Shown here piece by piece: positions 44,528 through 54,533 of a stretch of DNA of 64,000 bases (position 1 is its first letter; each line of letters starts with the position of its first letter). The DNA lies in contig JBMNTB010000001.1 in NCBI GenBank assembly GCA_050945515.1, positions 87,504 to 151,503 on the forward strand, in the 5' to 3' direction. The notes beneath the pieces are model-generated. The model was given only the letters and a program-made list of their open reading frames with translations, was not told the DNA's origin and ran no database searches. The stretch comes from Saccharofermentanales bacterium (GTDB taxonomy: Bacteria; Bacillota; Clostridia; Saccharofermentanales; DTU023). The translations under genes were made by a program, and so were the position numbers.

Positions 44528-45595
44528 ATGGGGAAAATCATTTTGACCGGAGATCGGCCGACAGGTCAGCTGCATCTGGGACATTATGTCGGATCGCTCA
44601 GGCGTAGGGTCAGCCTGCAGAATTCAGGCGAGTATGACGAGATTTTTATCATGATTGCCGATGCCCAAGCCTTGACGGATAATGCCGACAATCCCGAAAA
44701 AATCAGACAGAGCATCTTAGAAGTAGCGACGGATTATTTGGCTGTAGGCCTTGATCCTGAACAGACAACGATTCTGATCCAGTCGCAAATCCCGGAGTTG
44801 TTCGAGCTTACCACTTACTATCTCAACTTGGTTACCGTAGCCAGGCTCGAACGCAATCCAACCGTCAAATCCGAGATCAAGACGCGGGAATTCAATCAGA
44901 GTGTACCTGTAGGTTTCTTCACTTATCCCATCAGCCAGGCAGCCGATATTACGGCTTTCCAGGCTACGACAGTGCCGGTGGGTGAGGATCAGGCTCCGAT
45001 GCTGGAACAGACGCGTGAAATTGTCCATAAATTCAACTCCGTTTATGGCGAGACTCTTGTCATGCCCGATATACTGCTGCCGGAGAAAAAACTCTGGGCC
45101 AGATTGCCCGGCACTGACGGCAAAGCCAAAATGTCTAAATCTCTCGGCAATTGTATTTATCTGGCGGAATCAGCAGCCGAGGTGAAGAAAAAGGTCATGA
45201 GCATGTATACCGATCCCAATCATATCCGGGTGTCCGATCCCGGCCGTATTGAGGGGAATGTAGTCTTCACCTATCTGGATGCCTTCGCTGCCGATGAGCA
45301 TTTTCAAACTCTGTGGCCGGACTATGCTAATCTGTCAGAATTGAAAGCTCATTATCGGCGCGGCGGCCTGGGCGATGTCAAAGTCAAAAAATTCCTCAAT
45401 CGGGTTCTGGAGATTGAACTGGATCCTATCAGACAACGGCGTGCTGAATGGTCCGGCCGGATACCTGAGATCGTGGAAATCTTGAAAGTGGGAACAGCTA
45501 AAGCGCGAGAGAAAGCCGCAGAAACTTTGCAGGCTGTCAAAGAGGCCATGCAGATTGATTATTTCGGCGACAACTATCTGGGCAGTGATTTCTGA
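44528..45595 (+). CDS. trpS: Tryptophanyl-tRNA synthetase
   Basis: 355-aa ORF. HIGH-type [16 protein letters not shown], and class Ic TrpRS-like core ([17 protein letters not shown]). Confidence 0.9.
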   Translation: MGKIILTGDRPTGQLHLGHYVGSLRRRVSLQNSGEYDEIFIMIADAQALTDNADNPEKIRQSILEVATDYLAVGLDPEQTTILIQSQIPELFELTTYYLNLVTVARLERNPTVKSEIKTREFNQSVPVGFFTYPISQAADITAFQATTVPVGEDQAPMLEQTREIVHKFNSVYGETLVMPDILLPEKKLWARLPGTDGKAKMSKSLGNCIYLAESAAEVKKKVMSMYTDPNHIRVSDPGRIEGNVVFTYLDAFAADEHFQTLWPDYANLSELKAHYRRGGLGDVKVKKFLNRVLEIELDPIRQRRAEWSGRIPEIVEILKVGTAKAREKAAETLQAVKEAMQIDYFGDNYLGSDF

Positions 45596-45691
45596 GAGAG
45601 TTCAACTCTCTGGCAATAGTTTTTGCTCAAGGCGAAAACATGAAATAATTAAATAACCGTTGATTTGGACGCTGTTAAATTAGGAGGGGTA

Positions 45692-46627
45692 ATGAAACAT
45701 CGTACAACCGGGGCTGTGATTATCAGCTTGCTGACATGTGTGATCTGGGGTTTCAGTTTTTTATTCACAAGGAGTATAGTTATCCGCATTCACTTTTTAT
45801 CTTTATTGAGTTGGCGCTTTCTGATTGCGACACTGGCTTTTCTGCTCTTGATCCGGTTGAAGGTTTTCAAGGTCAATCTCAAGGGCAAAAAGCTCCGTCC
45901 GCTAATATATATCTCAATTGCCGAGCCGCTAATTTTTTTCACCTGTGAATCAATCGGACTGTATCTGACCTCAACCACCGAATCCAGCTTGATGATTGCT
46001 ACGATTCCGATCGTTACCATGCTGATCGGCATTCCTATCGCCGGAGAAATGCCGACTAAAAAGCAGGCCGTTGCCATTATCCTGTCCGTAGTGGGTGTAA
46101 TGGTGATCATTCTGGGACAGAGCAGGAGACTGGACTTTAATATTCTGGGCTATATTGTGCTCTTGATAGCAGTTATAAGCGGTTCGGTCTTTGCCGCCCT
46201 GTCCGCTAAATATAAGGAATATACCAGTGTGGAGAAGAGTTTTGCTATGATTGTGATCGGGCTGATCGGTTTTGGCAGTGCGGCGCTGATGCGCAATCTG
46301 GTGCGAGGCACGGTAAAAGAATGGTTGCTTCTGCCTGTTCAGGACCGCGAATTTCTGATCGCCATTCTGTATCTGGGTTTGCTGGCCTCGATCATCTGCT
46401 ATGTCGGCCAGCAGTACAGCCTCTCGGTTATAGGTTTAAACCGCAACACCTCTTTCTCCGGAGTAATTACTCTAACTTCCGTTTTGGCCGGTGTTTTTAT
46501 CCTGGACGAGAAACTTAGCCTTAGTATGTTAATTGGTGGTATCATTGTGATATTGGGTGTTTACGGTGTCAATTTCTACACACCGCAGCGAGAACACGAT
46601 AAAGCTATCTGTCCGCAGGACAAATAG
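45692..46627 (+). CDS. DMT-superfamily (EamA-like) transporter
   Basis: ORF 45665..46627. The ATG at 45692 lies 2 nt downstream of AGGAGGGG. About 10 TM helices arranged as two EamA-like halves. Confidence 0.75.
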   Translation: MKHRTTGAVIISLLTCVIWGFSFLFTRSIVIRIHFLSLLSWRFLIATLAFLLLIRLKVFKVNLKGKKLRPLIYISIAEPLIFFTCESIGLYLTSTTESSLMIATIPIVTMLIGIPIAGEMPTKKQAVAIILSVVGVMVIILGQSRRLDFNILGYIVLLIAVISGSVFAALSAKYKEYTSVEKSFAMIVIGLIGFGSAALMRNLVRGTVKEWLLLPVQDREFLIAILYLGLLASIICYVGQQYSLSVIGLNRNTSFSGVITLTSVLAGVFILDEKLSLSMLIGGIIVILGVYGVNFYTPQREHDKAICPQDK

Positions 46628-46651
46628 TTAATATTTATGGAGGAAGATAAA

Positions 46652-47812
46652 ATGAAAAAACTATTAGCGTTTTTCCTGGTACTGGTTTTGGTTTTCCCGA
46701 TCTTGGGTTGCCAATCTGATTCAGGTAGTGCCGAAACCACGGGAGCTGAGCCGGAGCAGACGGAGGCAGCCGGGGAAACTACGGTAGTTGAGCCGGAGCA
46801 GACGGAGGCAACCGGCGAGAAAAGGACATTGACCGTGGCCAACTGGCAGGGATATGGCTCTGATGCTGAATATGCTGTCAAGCCTTTTGAAGAAAAATAT
46901 AACTGTAAAGTTGTGCACCAATATTTTGATTCCGAAGAGGCATTGCTGAATATGCTCAGAACCGGCGGTCTGGGTGAAATAGATGTTGTCTTGCCTAATA
47001 TGGCCTATGTTGCTACCGGCAAGCGGGAAAATCTGTTTAGTCCTTTGGATAAGTCCAAACTTGAGAATTTTGAAGATTTGAAAGAAAATATCCGCGAACT
47101 TCCCGATGTCAAGGATGAAGAGGGCAATCTGTTGGGAGTTGCCTGGACCTGGGGTAGCACAGCACTCGGCTACAACCCGGATGCGGTATCTGAACCGATT
47201 AATTCCTGGGCAGCTCTCTGGGATCCTGCCAATAAAGGCAAGGTTGCCTATTTCGATGACCATCTCACGGCTGTCATGATCGCCGCGCTCTATTCCGGAC
47301 AGGATCCGGAGAATCCGGATCTCAATGTCATCAAAGAAGTACTGCTGCAACTAAAAGACAATACCAGATTATTCTGGTCCAGCTATGATTCTTTTGCCAA
47401 GCCCTATACGGCCGGTGAAATTACCATGGGCAGTGTCTGGTCCGGTGCCGCTACACAGCTCAATGCCGAAGGCGTCAAGATAGAGTATGTGTACCCCGCT
47501 GAGGGTGCAGTAATCTGGACTGACTACTGGTGCATCCCGGTAGACGCGCCGAATGAAGACCTGGCCTATGCCTGGATTAACTGGATGACTTCTGTGGAGT
47601 TTCAGTCAGAATATGCTTCCGATCTAGCCGCGCAGCCGCCGATCCCGGCCAATACCAAGGTATATGAGGTTCTGAGCCCTGAGGTCAGAGCAGCCCTCTA
47701 CATTGAAGATATAGAAGATATACCCAAAAAAGTGGCTTTCCAGAAAGAGCTGCCGCCGGAGGTCAATCAGGCCTGGCTCGATCTCTGGAATGAGGTCAAA
47801 GCTACAGATTAA
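46652..47812 (+). CDS. ABC transporter substrate-binding lipoprotein, PotD/PotF (polyamine-type) family
   Basis: ORF 46637..47812. The ATG at 46652 follows GGAGGA. Lipobox FPILGC. PotD-like core (..VANWQGY.., ..DVVLPNMAY.., ..WTWGSTALGYN.., ..YWCIPVDAPN..). Confidence 0.8.
   Translation: MKKLLAFFLVLVLVFPILGCQSDSGSAETTGAEPEQTEAAGETTVVEPEQTEATGEKRTLTVANWQGYGSDAEYAVKPFEEKYNCKVVHQYFDSEEALLNMLRTGGLGEIDVVLPNMAYVATGKRENLFSPLDKSKLENFEDLKENIRELPDVKDEEGNLLGVAWTWGSTALGYNPDAVSEPINSWAALWDPANKGKVAYFDDHLTAVMIAALYSGQDPENPDLNVIKEVLLQLKDNTRLFWSSYDSFAKPYTAGEITMGSVWSGAATQLNAEGVKIEYVYPAEGAVIWTDYWCIPVDAPNEDLAYAWINWMTSVEFQSEYASDLAAQPPIPANTKVYEVLSPEVRAALYIEDIEDIPKKVAFQKELPPEVNQAWLDLWNEVKATD
46733..46816 (+). repeat. 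42-bp tandem duplication encoding the post-lipobox linker ETTGAEPEQTEAAG/ETTVVEPEQTEATG
   Basis: 46733-46774 versus 46775-46816. The core GAGCCGGAGCAGACGGAGGCA is identical in both copies. Confidence 0.9.
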
Positions 47813-47881
47813 GATCTATCATGGGCAAAAGGACGGGAATAACATAGTTTCCGTCTGCCGGCGCTGCTTTAGGGGGAGAGT

Positions 47882-48736
47882 ATGATGACAAAGTCAAGGA
47901 TAAAGACCTGGTTGCTCATGCTGCCTGGAGCCGGTACCTTGTTATCACTCGTCCTTTTGCCTTTATCACTACTACTTTTGTTCAGCCTTGTTACAGGTAA
48001 TCAAATCAGTCTGAGCGGAGCGCTCAGCTTTAAGAATTATCTCAATATCTTTAAGCAAGGTCTCTTTGGCCCGCTGATGTGGAAGTCAATCCGCATGGGT
48101 CTGCTGGTGACGGCCAGTTCAATTCTGATCGGCTATCCGGTTGCCTACGGTCTGGCGAAAGTTGTCAAGCCCAGATGGCGCAATTTCCTGGTAGTCATGA
48201 TCATCATTCCCTTTTTTACCTCGCAGCTGCTATTAATATATTCGCTGATGGTAATGCTGCAGTCACAGGGTCCGGTCATGACTTTTCTGGCCTTGTTCGG
48301 TCTGGATCCGACCCGCTCCATACTCTATAGCAATACCGCCGTCTATTTGATCTTGCTCTATCAGTTCCTGCCCTATATGGTGCTGTCACTGTTTTCCTCT
48401 CTGGTCAAGATAGATGACAATGTCGTATTTGCGGCCAGGAGCATGGGAGCCAGTCGGAGACGTGTTTTCATTGATATTATTTTACCCTTGACCGCTCCGG
48501 CGCTGCTCTCGGGCATTATTCTGGTTTTTATTCCGGTGGCGGGCAGTTTCGTCGAATCCAATCTGGCCGGCGGCACCAAGGGTATGATGATCGGTTCCCT
48601 GATTGACTCTAATTTTTCGGTTTCTCTGAATATGGGACGTGGTTGTGCACTTTGTGTTTTATTCTTGCTGATCATGTCCGTTCTGACCTTCATTTTGCAA
48701 AGAGCTATCAGATATCTGGAGAGGAGACGGCTGTGA
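47882..48736 (+). CDS. ABC transporter permease (PotB-like)
   Basis: 284-aa ORF with 6 TM helices and EAA-type loop ..DDNVVFAARSMGASRRRVFIDIILPL.. Confidence 0.85.
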   Translation: MMTKSRIKTWLLMLPGAGTLLSLVLLPLSLLLLFSLVTGNQISLSGALSFKNYLNIFKQGLFGPLMWKSIRMGLLVTASSILIGYPVAYGLAKVVKPRWRNFLVVMIIIPFFTSQLLLIYSLMVMLQSQGPVMTFLALFGLDPTRSILYSNTAVYLILLYQFLPYMVLSLFSSLVKIDDNVVFAARSMGASRRRVFIDIILPLTAPALLSGIILVFIPVAGSFVESNLAGGTKGMMIGSLIDSNFSVSLNMGRGCALCVLFLLIMSVLTFILQRAIRYLERRRL

Positions 48737-49518
48737 GAAAGCGTGCTCCCTGGCTGAAGCTGATGATGGTGCTGACCTATCTGTTTTTGTTTGCACCGAT
48801 TATTGTCGTGATGGTAATGAGTTTCAATACTTCACAGTACGGAACTCTGCCCTTTGTTTTTACAACCGGCTGGTATCAGCGCCTGCTGTCAGGTGTCGGT
48901 CTGGGCAAGGCCACCTGGCTCTCGATCTGGTTTTCGTTTCTGGTCACATTGGCCGGCAGCTTGGTTGGTATCCTGACCAGTCTGGGTCTGCGCAGACTGC
49001 CTGAGGCTTGGGCCCGCCGCTTCATTTCCTGGCTCAATCTGGCGGTAATTATTCCCTGGCTGGTGCTGGGTATCGCCCTGCTGATGATTTTCAATTTTGT
49101 CGGCCTGGGCCGCTCATATACGGGTATGTTCCTAGGCAATTTTGTCTGTGTTTTGCCCTATGTAGTCATGCTGGTCTATCCTGCCCTGATGGCACTGGAC
49201 AAGAATGTGGAATATGCGGCCCGAACCCTGGGAGCCTCACCCCGCCGGACATTGGTGACAATTGTGCTGCCGTCGTTGTTGCCGGCGATCTTGACTTCAT
49301 CCCTGATGGCCTTTATGGTTTGCTTTAATAATTTTGTCATCCAATACTATCTGGCACCCTTTGGCATCAGGACTCTGCCTATGGAAATCTATAATCTGGT
49401 GCGTGTGGGTTATAAACCGGATATCAACGCCCTGGCAACGATTATGATTCTGGTTTCCGTTTCACTGGTTCTACTGGTCAACAAATTGGGCTATGGCAGT
49501 AAAAAAGGATTATTCTGA
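48733..49518 (+). CDS. ABC transporter permease (PotC-like)
   Basis: ORF 48643..49518. The GTG at 48733 overlaps the upstream stop (GTGA) and gives VRKRAPWLKLMMVL... EAA loop ..DKNVEYAARTLGASPRRTLVTIVLPS.. Confidence 0.85.
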   Translation: MRKRAPWLKLMMVLTYLFLFAPIIVVMVMSFNTSQYGTLPFVFTTGWYQRLLSGVGLGKATWLSIWFSFLVTLAGSLVGILTSLGLRRLPEAWARRFISWLNLAVIIPWLVLGIALLMIFNFVGLGRSYTGMFLGNFVCVLPYVVMLVYPALMALDKNVEYAARTLGASPRRTLVTIVLPSLLPAILTSSLMAFMVCFNNFVIQYYLAPFGIRTLPMEIYNLVRVGYKPDINALATIMILVSVSLVLLVNKLGYGSKKGLF

Positions 49519-49519
49519 T

Positions 49520-50056
49520 ATGAAGAGGGCCTTGCTGGTGATCGATATGCAGCGTGTCTATGCGCCCGGCGGCGCCTGGCAGACGCCGGGATTTGAGAAG
49601 GCTGCCGCCAATATCACTAAACTATGTCCTCTATTTGAGCATAGATTATTTACCCGCCATTTGCCTTTCCCAGATCCGCCGGGCCGCTGGCAAAACTATA
49701 ATGCCGCATTCGCCTCGATTAATGCAGATCAGGAAGCAGCGCTGCTAATTCCGGATCTGGATCGGTTTGAATATTTGGATTTCCCCAAATATACTTATTC
49801 TGCCTTGGCGTCCGGTGAGCTGAAATCATTTCTGCTGACTGAAGACTTTGCTGAAATTTTGCTTACAGGAGTGCAAACCGAATTTTGTGTTACAGCGACT
49901 TTATTGCAGGCGGTTGATCTGGGGCTGCCGGTCACCTTGGTGCCTGATGCCTGCGCCGGTGACTTGCCTGTGTTCGAAGCCGCTCTGATTGCCCTGGTCA
50001 GACGCATGCCCTGTCAAGTTCAGCTAAAATATACAGAGGAATTATTGCATGGCTAG
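49520..50056 (+). CDS. Isochorismatase-family cysteine hydrolase (amidase-type)
   Basis: ORF 49493..50056. The ATG at 49520 lies 1 nt after the permease stop. ALLVIDMQ (catalytic Asp region) and GVQTEFCVTAT (nucleophile Cys). About 178 aa. Confidence 0.75.
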   Translation: MKRALLVIDMQRVYAPGGAWQTPGFEKAAANITKLCPLFEHRLFTRHLPFPDPPGRWQNYNAAFASINADQEAALLIPDLDRFEYLDFPKYTYSALASGELKSFLLTEDFAEILLTGVQTEFCVTATLLQAVDLGLPVTLVPDACAGDLPVFEAALIALVRRMPCQVQLKYTEELLHG

Positions 50057-51080
50057 TTTAGAGATCAGAAATGTCACTAAAAGTTTTGGCCCGAAAGTAG
50101 TGTTGAGGGATATCTCATTCACAGCACAGAGCGGGGAATTCCTAGCGCTGTTGGGTCCGTCCGGCTGTGGCAAGACGACTCTGCTTAAGATTATTTCCGG
50201 CATTGAAGAGCAAGACAGCGGCTCGATCCTGATCGCCGATCGGGATATCAGCCGGGAGCCGATTGAAAAACGCAATATCGGCCTGGTATTTCAAAATTAC
50301 GCATTATTTGAACATATGAATGTGTTTGAGAATATTGCCTATTCCTTGCGGATGCGCAAAGTTGCCAAAGCCGAAATCAGGGACAGAGTAGTGGAAGCCT
50401 TGGAGACGGTGCGCCTGGCCGGCTATGAACAAAGACCCACAACTCAGCTGTCAGGTGGTGAACAGCAGCGGGTGGCACTGGCCAGGGCTATTGTCTATAA
50501 GCCTGATATTCTGTTGCTTGATGAGCCGCTGTCAGCTTTGGATCGTAGAATCAGGGAACAGATGCAGGAGGAAGTATTGCGTATCCAGCGCGAGACAGGT
50601 ATTACCACTGTCTTTGTCACGCATGACCAGGGGGAAGCTCTGGCTATGGCTGATCGCATCCTGCTGATGAACGAAGGAGAAATCGTGGAAGATAATTTGC
50701 CGACGGAAGTCTATCTGCGCCCCAGATCTCAGTTCGCTGCGGAATTTGTGGGCAATTCCAATCTTCTGAGCGGCACTTATCAGGACGGATATGTCATCGG
50801 CGATGGTTTCAAAATTCCACTGGAGCAGACTTTCCCGGCCGGGACCGCTTTGACTCTGATGATCAAAGAGGAGAATATTATTCTTTGTCCTGCCGGCGAG
50901 GGTATGGGAGAGGGCGTCGTCACTGAAGTTTTTTTCCAAGGCACTACTATGAGAGTTACGCTGACCAACAAAGAGATTGAACTTAAGATAAGATTGCTGG
51001 CCCGGGAGGGAATGTCGATCGAGCAGGGTCAGACCCTGGGCTGGCGCGTACAGTTTGCTGCCGTCTTTCCGAATGATTGA
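50049..51080 (+). CDS. ABC transporter ATP-binding protein (PotA-like, with C-terminal TOBE-like regulatory domain)
   Basis: 343-aa ORF overlapping the hydrolase gene by 8 nt. Walker A GPSGCGKTT, LSGGEQQRVALARA, LLLDEPLSALD. Confidence 0.9.
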   Translation: MASLEIRNVTKSFGPKVVLRDISFTAQSGEFLALLGPSGCGKTTLLKIISGIEEQDSGSILIADRDISREPIEKRNIGLVFQNYALFEHMNVFENIAYSLRMRKVAKAEIRDRVVEALETVRLAGYEQRPTTQLSGGEQQRVALARAIVYKPDILLLDEPLSALDRRIREQMQEEVLRIQRETGITTVFVTHDQGEALAMADRILLMNEGEIVEDNLPTEVYLRPRSQFAAEFVGNSNLLSGTYQDGYVIGDGFKIPLEQTFPAGTALTLMIKEENIILCPAGEGMGEGVVTEVFFQGTTMRVTLTNKEIELKIRLLAREGMSIEQGQTLGWRVQFAAVFPND

Positions 51081-51103
51081 TTGCAACTGGATGAGGAGAG
51101 TCT

Positions 51104-53311
51104 ATGTATAATATTTCTGCAGATCGCTTTTTCAATACCTGGAGCACCAAAAGCCCTGCGGTGCTGGAGTTTTTGCCGGCCAGGTTTCTGGTTGTGCCGG
51201 GTGCGTACAGCTTCGCCACCGGCGAATATACCGAGTTTCCATTTTCCGACCGCATCAAATTATATGAACATGATCATGAGGCTCGTTATCTGCGCCTGAC
51301 CATGGAGCATGCGGGCACAGTTCTCCAGTTACAGTATTGGAAGCAAGATCCCTGGACTGTACGGGGCAGGCTGGAAGTCTTGGCGCATGGCGAGTGGGGG
51401 CTGCGTTTTATGACCACTCTGGCTTTCGGTTTTGCCGCAAATGGCACAGTTCAAAGAACAAATGACGGTTTTGATCTGAGCTACCGCAGCTATCATTTCG
51501 GTGTCGCTTTCGCCGACAGACCGGTCCGCGCCTGTCTGGCCCCAACCAGCTCCTATATGGGTCAGGAAATGGAAAAGAATGGTTATTATGCTCCTTTCAC
51601 CGATGCTGCCGACCCCTTGTATCTCAACACTACTTTTAATCTGGAAGAGACGCCGGTGCTTGATTTTGCTCTGGCCGTGACCAATCATCCGCAGACTGCC
51701 GCCGACAAGGCTGCAGCTGCTTTGCAATTGTCAGAGAACGCTTTATCCGACATTAAGTCCAATCTGGATCAAGCCCTGGCGATGGAAGGCCGTTTTGCCA
51801 GTTGTGCTGCTGCCTTGCGCGATGTCATGTCCTGGAATGCGATTGCCGACCATGTTAATAGCAGAGTTTTTACTTCGCTGACCCGTTTTTGGATCGATAA
51901 AAAGTTTGGCGGCTGGTTCCTCTGGCTGGATGATGTTTTCTATCATGCCTTGATCTCAGCCTGGTCCGGCGACTGGCAGATGGCAGAGAACAATCTGAAA
52001 GCGGCGATGGGCAATGCGGTTCCGGCCGGCAATCTGGCCTGTCTGATGTCCGAATTTACCGAATGGGTTGATCGTTCCCAGCCGCCGGTATTCAGCTTCA
52101 TGGTCTGGAAATACTATCAGCTGACACATGATCTGAACTTGCTGGCTCGGGTCTTTCCCACTTTGCTGGCAGCTCATAACTGGTGGTTTGCCCATCGCGA
52201 CGGCAATGGGAATGGTGTACTCGAACTCGGCAGCTCCGCCCTCTGCGGTGACGGTCATTTCAAGCAGACGAAATTGGCCTGCAAAGACGAAGCGGCGATG
52301 GACAACAGTCCTATGTATGATCCGGCAGTCTTTGTGCCGCAGGCCGGTACCATGGACATGGAAGATATCGCGCTTAACAGTCTTTTGGTCCTGAATGCGG
52401 AAGCTCTGGCTCGGATCGCGGAAGTACTGGGCCACTATGAGATCGCCGCCGATCTGTTAGACAGACGCGAGCAACATAAAGAGAGAATCAATCAGTGCCT
52501 CTGGGATGAGGAGCGTGGGCTCTATGCCAATCGCCTCTGGAGCGGTGAATTTGTCAGTCCGTCGCCCACCAGCTTTTATCCTCTGGCCGCCGGTATCCCG
52601 GATCGGGAGCGGGCAGATATTCTGATCCGCCATATCTTTGACGAAGACGAATTCTGGACTAAAGCGCCTTTACCCTCGATCTGGGCCCGGGACGAGGCCG
52701 TTCATGACGATGTCTACTGGCGTGGCCGCATGTGGCCGCCATTGAATTTCTTTACTTATGTCGGCCTGCAGCGCTATGGCTATGAGGTGGAAGCACAGCG
52801 ATTGGCGGCCAGAAGTGCTGAAGTTTTTACCAATGCCTTCGATAATGAAAGAGCTTGTTACGAGAACTACAATACTTTCACCGCTGTCGGCAAAAGTGTC
52901 GATGCCGATCCTTTCTATGGCTGGGGTGCGCTCCTGCCTCTGATGTGGGTAATGAATTTCGCGGACAGCAGTGACGAAGGCCTCGACTTCGGCGCCGTCG
53001 ATAATGAAGCGATGGAGCTAAAACAGCTCAGAACGCATCAAGGAACTTTTGATCTGTCGCTGGGCGCCACAACAGAAGTTCGTTTGAACGGCGAAACGGT
53101 CTTTGTCTCCAATGCCTCAGGTCGCTTCAGGGATTTCAAGCTGCAGGACAATTATGCTTCTGTGATTGTGCCGGCACAGCAATGCGATGTCTATGTGGAT
53201 TTCCCGCAGCTGGAACCTTTGCTGGTCAGGATTAACGGTACCGAGATCGAAGCTGCGAACAAACTGCAACTATCAGCCGGCGAGGAGCAGAATATTGAGC
53301 TCTGGTTCTGA
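51104..53311 (+). CDS. (alpha/alpha)6-barrel glycoside hydrolase, clan GH-G-like (GH63/GH37/MGH1-like)
   Basis: 735-aa ORF with RBS GAGGAG. Trehalase/GH63-like signatures DRSQPPVF and YWRGRMWPPLNFF, plus ..FYGWGALLP.. No signal peptide. The family call is from motifs only. Confidence 0.6.
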   Translation: MYNISADRFFNTWSTKSPAVLEFLPARFLVVPGAYSFATGEYTEFPFSDRIKLYEHDHEARYLRLTMEHAGTVLQLQYWKQDPWTVRGRLEVLAHGEWGLRFMTTLAFGFAANGTVQRTNDGFDLSYRSYHFGVAFADRPVRACLAPTSSYMGQEMEKNGYYAPFTDAADPLYLNTTFNLEETPVLDFALAVTNHPQTAADKAAAALQLSENALSDIKSNLDQALAMEGRFASCAAALRDVMSWNAIADHVNSRVFTSLTRFWIDKKFGGWFLWLDDVFYHALISAWSGDWQMAENNLKAAMGNAVPAGNLACLMSEFTEWVDRSQPPVFSFMVWKYYQLTHDLNLLARVFPTLLAAHNWWFAHRDGNGNGVLELGSSALCGDGHFKQTKLACKDEAAMDNSPMYDPAVFVPQAGTMDMEDIALNSLLVLNAEALARIAEVLGHYEIAADLLDRREQHKERINQCLWDEERGLYANRLWSGEFVSPSPTSFYPLAAGIPDRERADILIRHIFDEDEFWTKAPLPSIWARDEAVHDDVYWRGRMWPPLNFFTYVGLQRYGYEVEAQRLAARSAEVFTNAFDNERACYENYNTFTAVGKSVDADPFYGWGALLPLMWVMNFADSSDEGLDFGAVDNEAMELKQLRTHQGTFDLSLGATTEVRLNGETVFVSNASGRFRDFKLQDNYASVIVPAQQCDVYVDFPQLEPLLVRINGTEIEAANKLQLSAGEEQNIELWF

Positions 53312-53410
53312 GCATCTGCCGCCGGAATTAGAACGGCTGTTGTCGATTGTTTAATGACTTGGACGGTTGAGCAATTTGCTGCACCCGGATATTGTATAAG
53401 TGAGTAGATC

Positions 53411-54349
53411 GTGCGTATTATTAATCTGGGATCTTTAAATCTGGACTATAGCTATCGCGTGCCGCGCTTTGTGCGCCCCGGTGAAACTATGGAGGCCGAC
53501 AGTTTTTCACTCAAGGCTGGCGGCAAAGGTCTAAACCAATCCATCGCCGCTGCTAAAGCAGGACTTGAAGTTTACCAGGCGGGATGCGTCGGGCCGGATA
53601 GCGCCCTGCTGTTTGAGGAGCTGGAACAAAATGGTGTGGATACTTCGCTGATTCAGACCGGCGCGGATGCTACCGGCCATGCCATCATCCAGGTCGCCGC
53701 CAGCGGTGAAAACAGCATTTTGATCTACGGCGGCGCCAATCGAACTTTAACCCTAGAGTATATTAACAGCGTACTGGCGCATTTTGCGCCCGGTGATGTC
53801 TTGTTGCTCCAAAATGAAATTAATCTCGTACCGGAGATTATATTCGAGGCTGACCGCCGTGGTCTGAGGATTGCTTTCAATGCGGCGCCGCTGACTTCTG
53901 ATGTCAGAACATACCCGCTGGATAAGCTGAGCTGGCTGATGGTAAATGAAGTAGAGGGTGAGGCTCTCACCGGCGAAACAGATCATCTCGCTATCATTAA
54001 ACAGTTGAGATTGAGCTATCCGCAGACAATGCCGGTTGTAACTGTCGGTGCTGCCGGCGTCCTGGCCGCAGATAGCGAAAATATTTACACTCTGTCCGCC
54101 TATCCGCTGCAGCCCGTAGATACTACGGCGGCAGGCGATACTTTTAACGGTTATTTTCTCAGTGCAGTCCTGGCAGATTATTCCTTGCCGAAGGCATTGG
54201 AGCTCAGCACAGCCGCCAGCGCTCTCTGCGTGTTAAATCAGGGTGCAGCTGTCTCGATTCCCCGGCGGGAGCAGGTGCTGGCTTTCATGCAGGAGAACCC
54301 CCCTGCCACATTGACGGCTGAAATAATACCGTTCCCCATCCGAGGTTAG
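53411..54349 (+). CDS. PfkB-family sugar kinase, ribokinase-like
   Basis: 312-aa ORF with GTG start. GGKGLNQSIAAAKAG (ribokinase-type N-terminal motif), NEVE, and DTTAAGDTFNG (PfkB signature 2). Confidence 0.8.
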   Translation: MRIINLGSLNLDYSYRVPRFVRPGETMEADSFSLKAGGKGLNQSIAAAKAGLEVYQAGCVGPDSALLFEELEQNGVDTSLIQTGADATGHAIIQVAASGENSILIYGGANRTLTLEYINSVLAHFAPGDVLLLQNEINLVPEIIFEADRRGLRIAFNAAPLTSDVRTYPLDKLSWLMVNEVEGEALTGETDHLAIIKQLRLSYPQTMPVVTVGAAGVLAADSENIYTLSAYPLQPVDTTAAGDTFNGYFLSAVLADYSLPKALELSTAASALCVLNQGAAVSIPRREQVLAFMQENPPATLTAEIIPFPIRG

Positions 54350-54353
54350 AACA

Positions 54354-54521
54354 ATGAAACCACAGAAGACGAAATCAGCGGCGCTCAAAATTTGGCTGCT
54401 CCGAGTGACTATCCTGGCTCTGGCGCTTGTTGGCATCATAGTCGGTATTAATCGCCAGGAAGTAAGAACCATGTTTAGTAAGGCGATCCGTATTTGCCTG
54501 GAATGCATTGGCTTGGGTTAG
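54354..54521 (+). CDS. Small membrane protein with C-terminal CXXC motif (CD1871A-like mini-protein)
   Basis: Below the ORF-track cutoff. My translation is MKPQKTKSAALKIWLLRVTILALALVGIIVGINRQEVRTMFSKAIRICLECIGLG (55 aa), with one TM helix and CLEC near the C-terminus. It starts 4 nt after the kinase stop and ends directly before the polyferredoxin gene. The family name is recalled from memory. Confidence 0.55.
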   Translation: MKPQKTKSAALKIWLLRVTILALALVGIIVGINRQEVRTMFSKAIRICLECIGLG

Positions 54522-54533
54522 GTGGTGCTGTTG

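Noticed and set aside
45594-45625. Hairpin AGAGAG-TTCAA-CTCTCT after trpS as a terminator
   Set aside because: The stem is only 6 bp and the T-run begins 8 nt downstream of the stem. It is too weak to list as a feature.
46721-47350. 209-aa ORF antisense to the PotD-like SBP gene. Similar cases: 50532..51086, 58542..59102, 39716..40252, 21124..21666, 7754..8158, 35083..36000.
   Set aside because: All lie opposite genes with clear family signatures and lack independent start signals. They are shadow ORFs favoured by codon bias.
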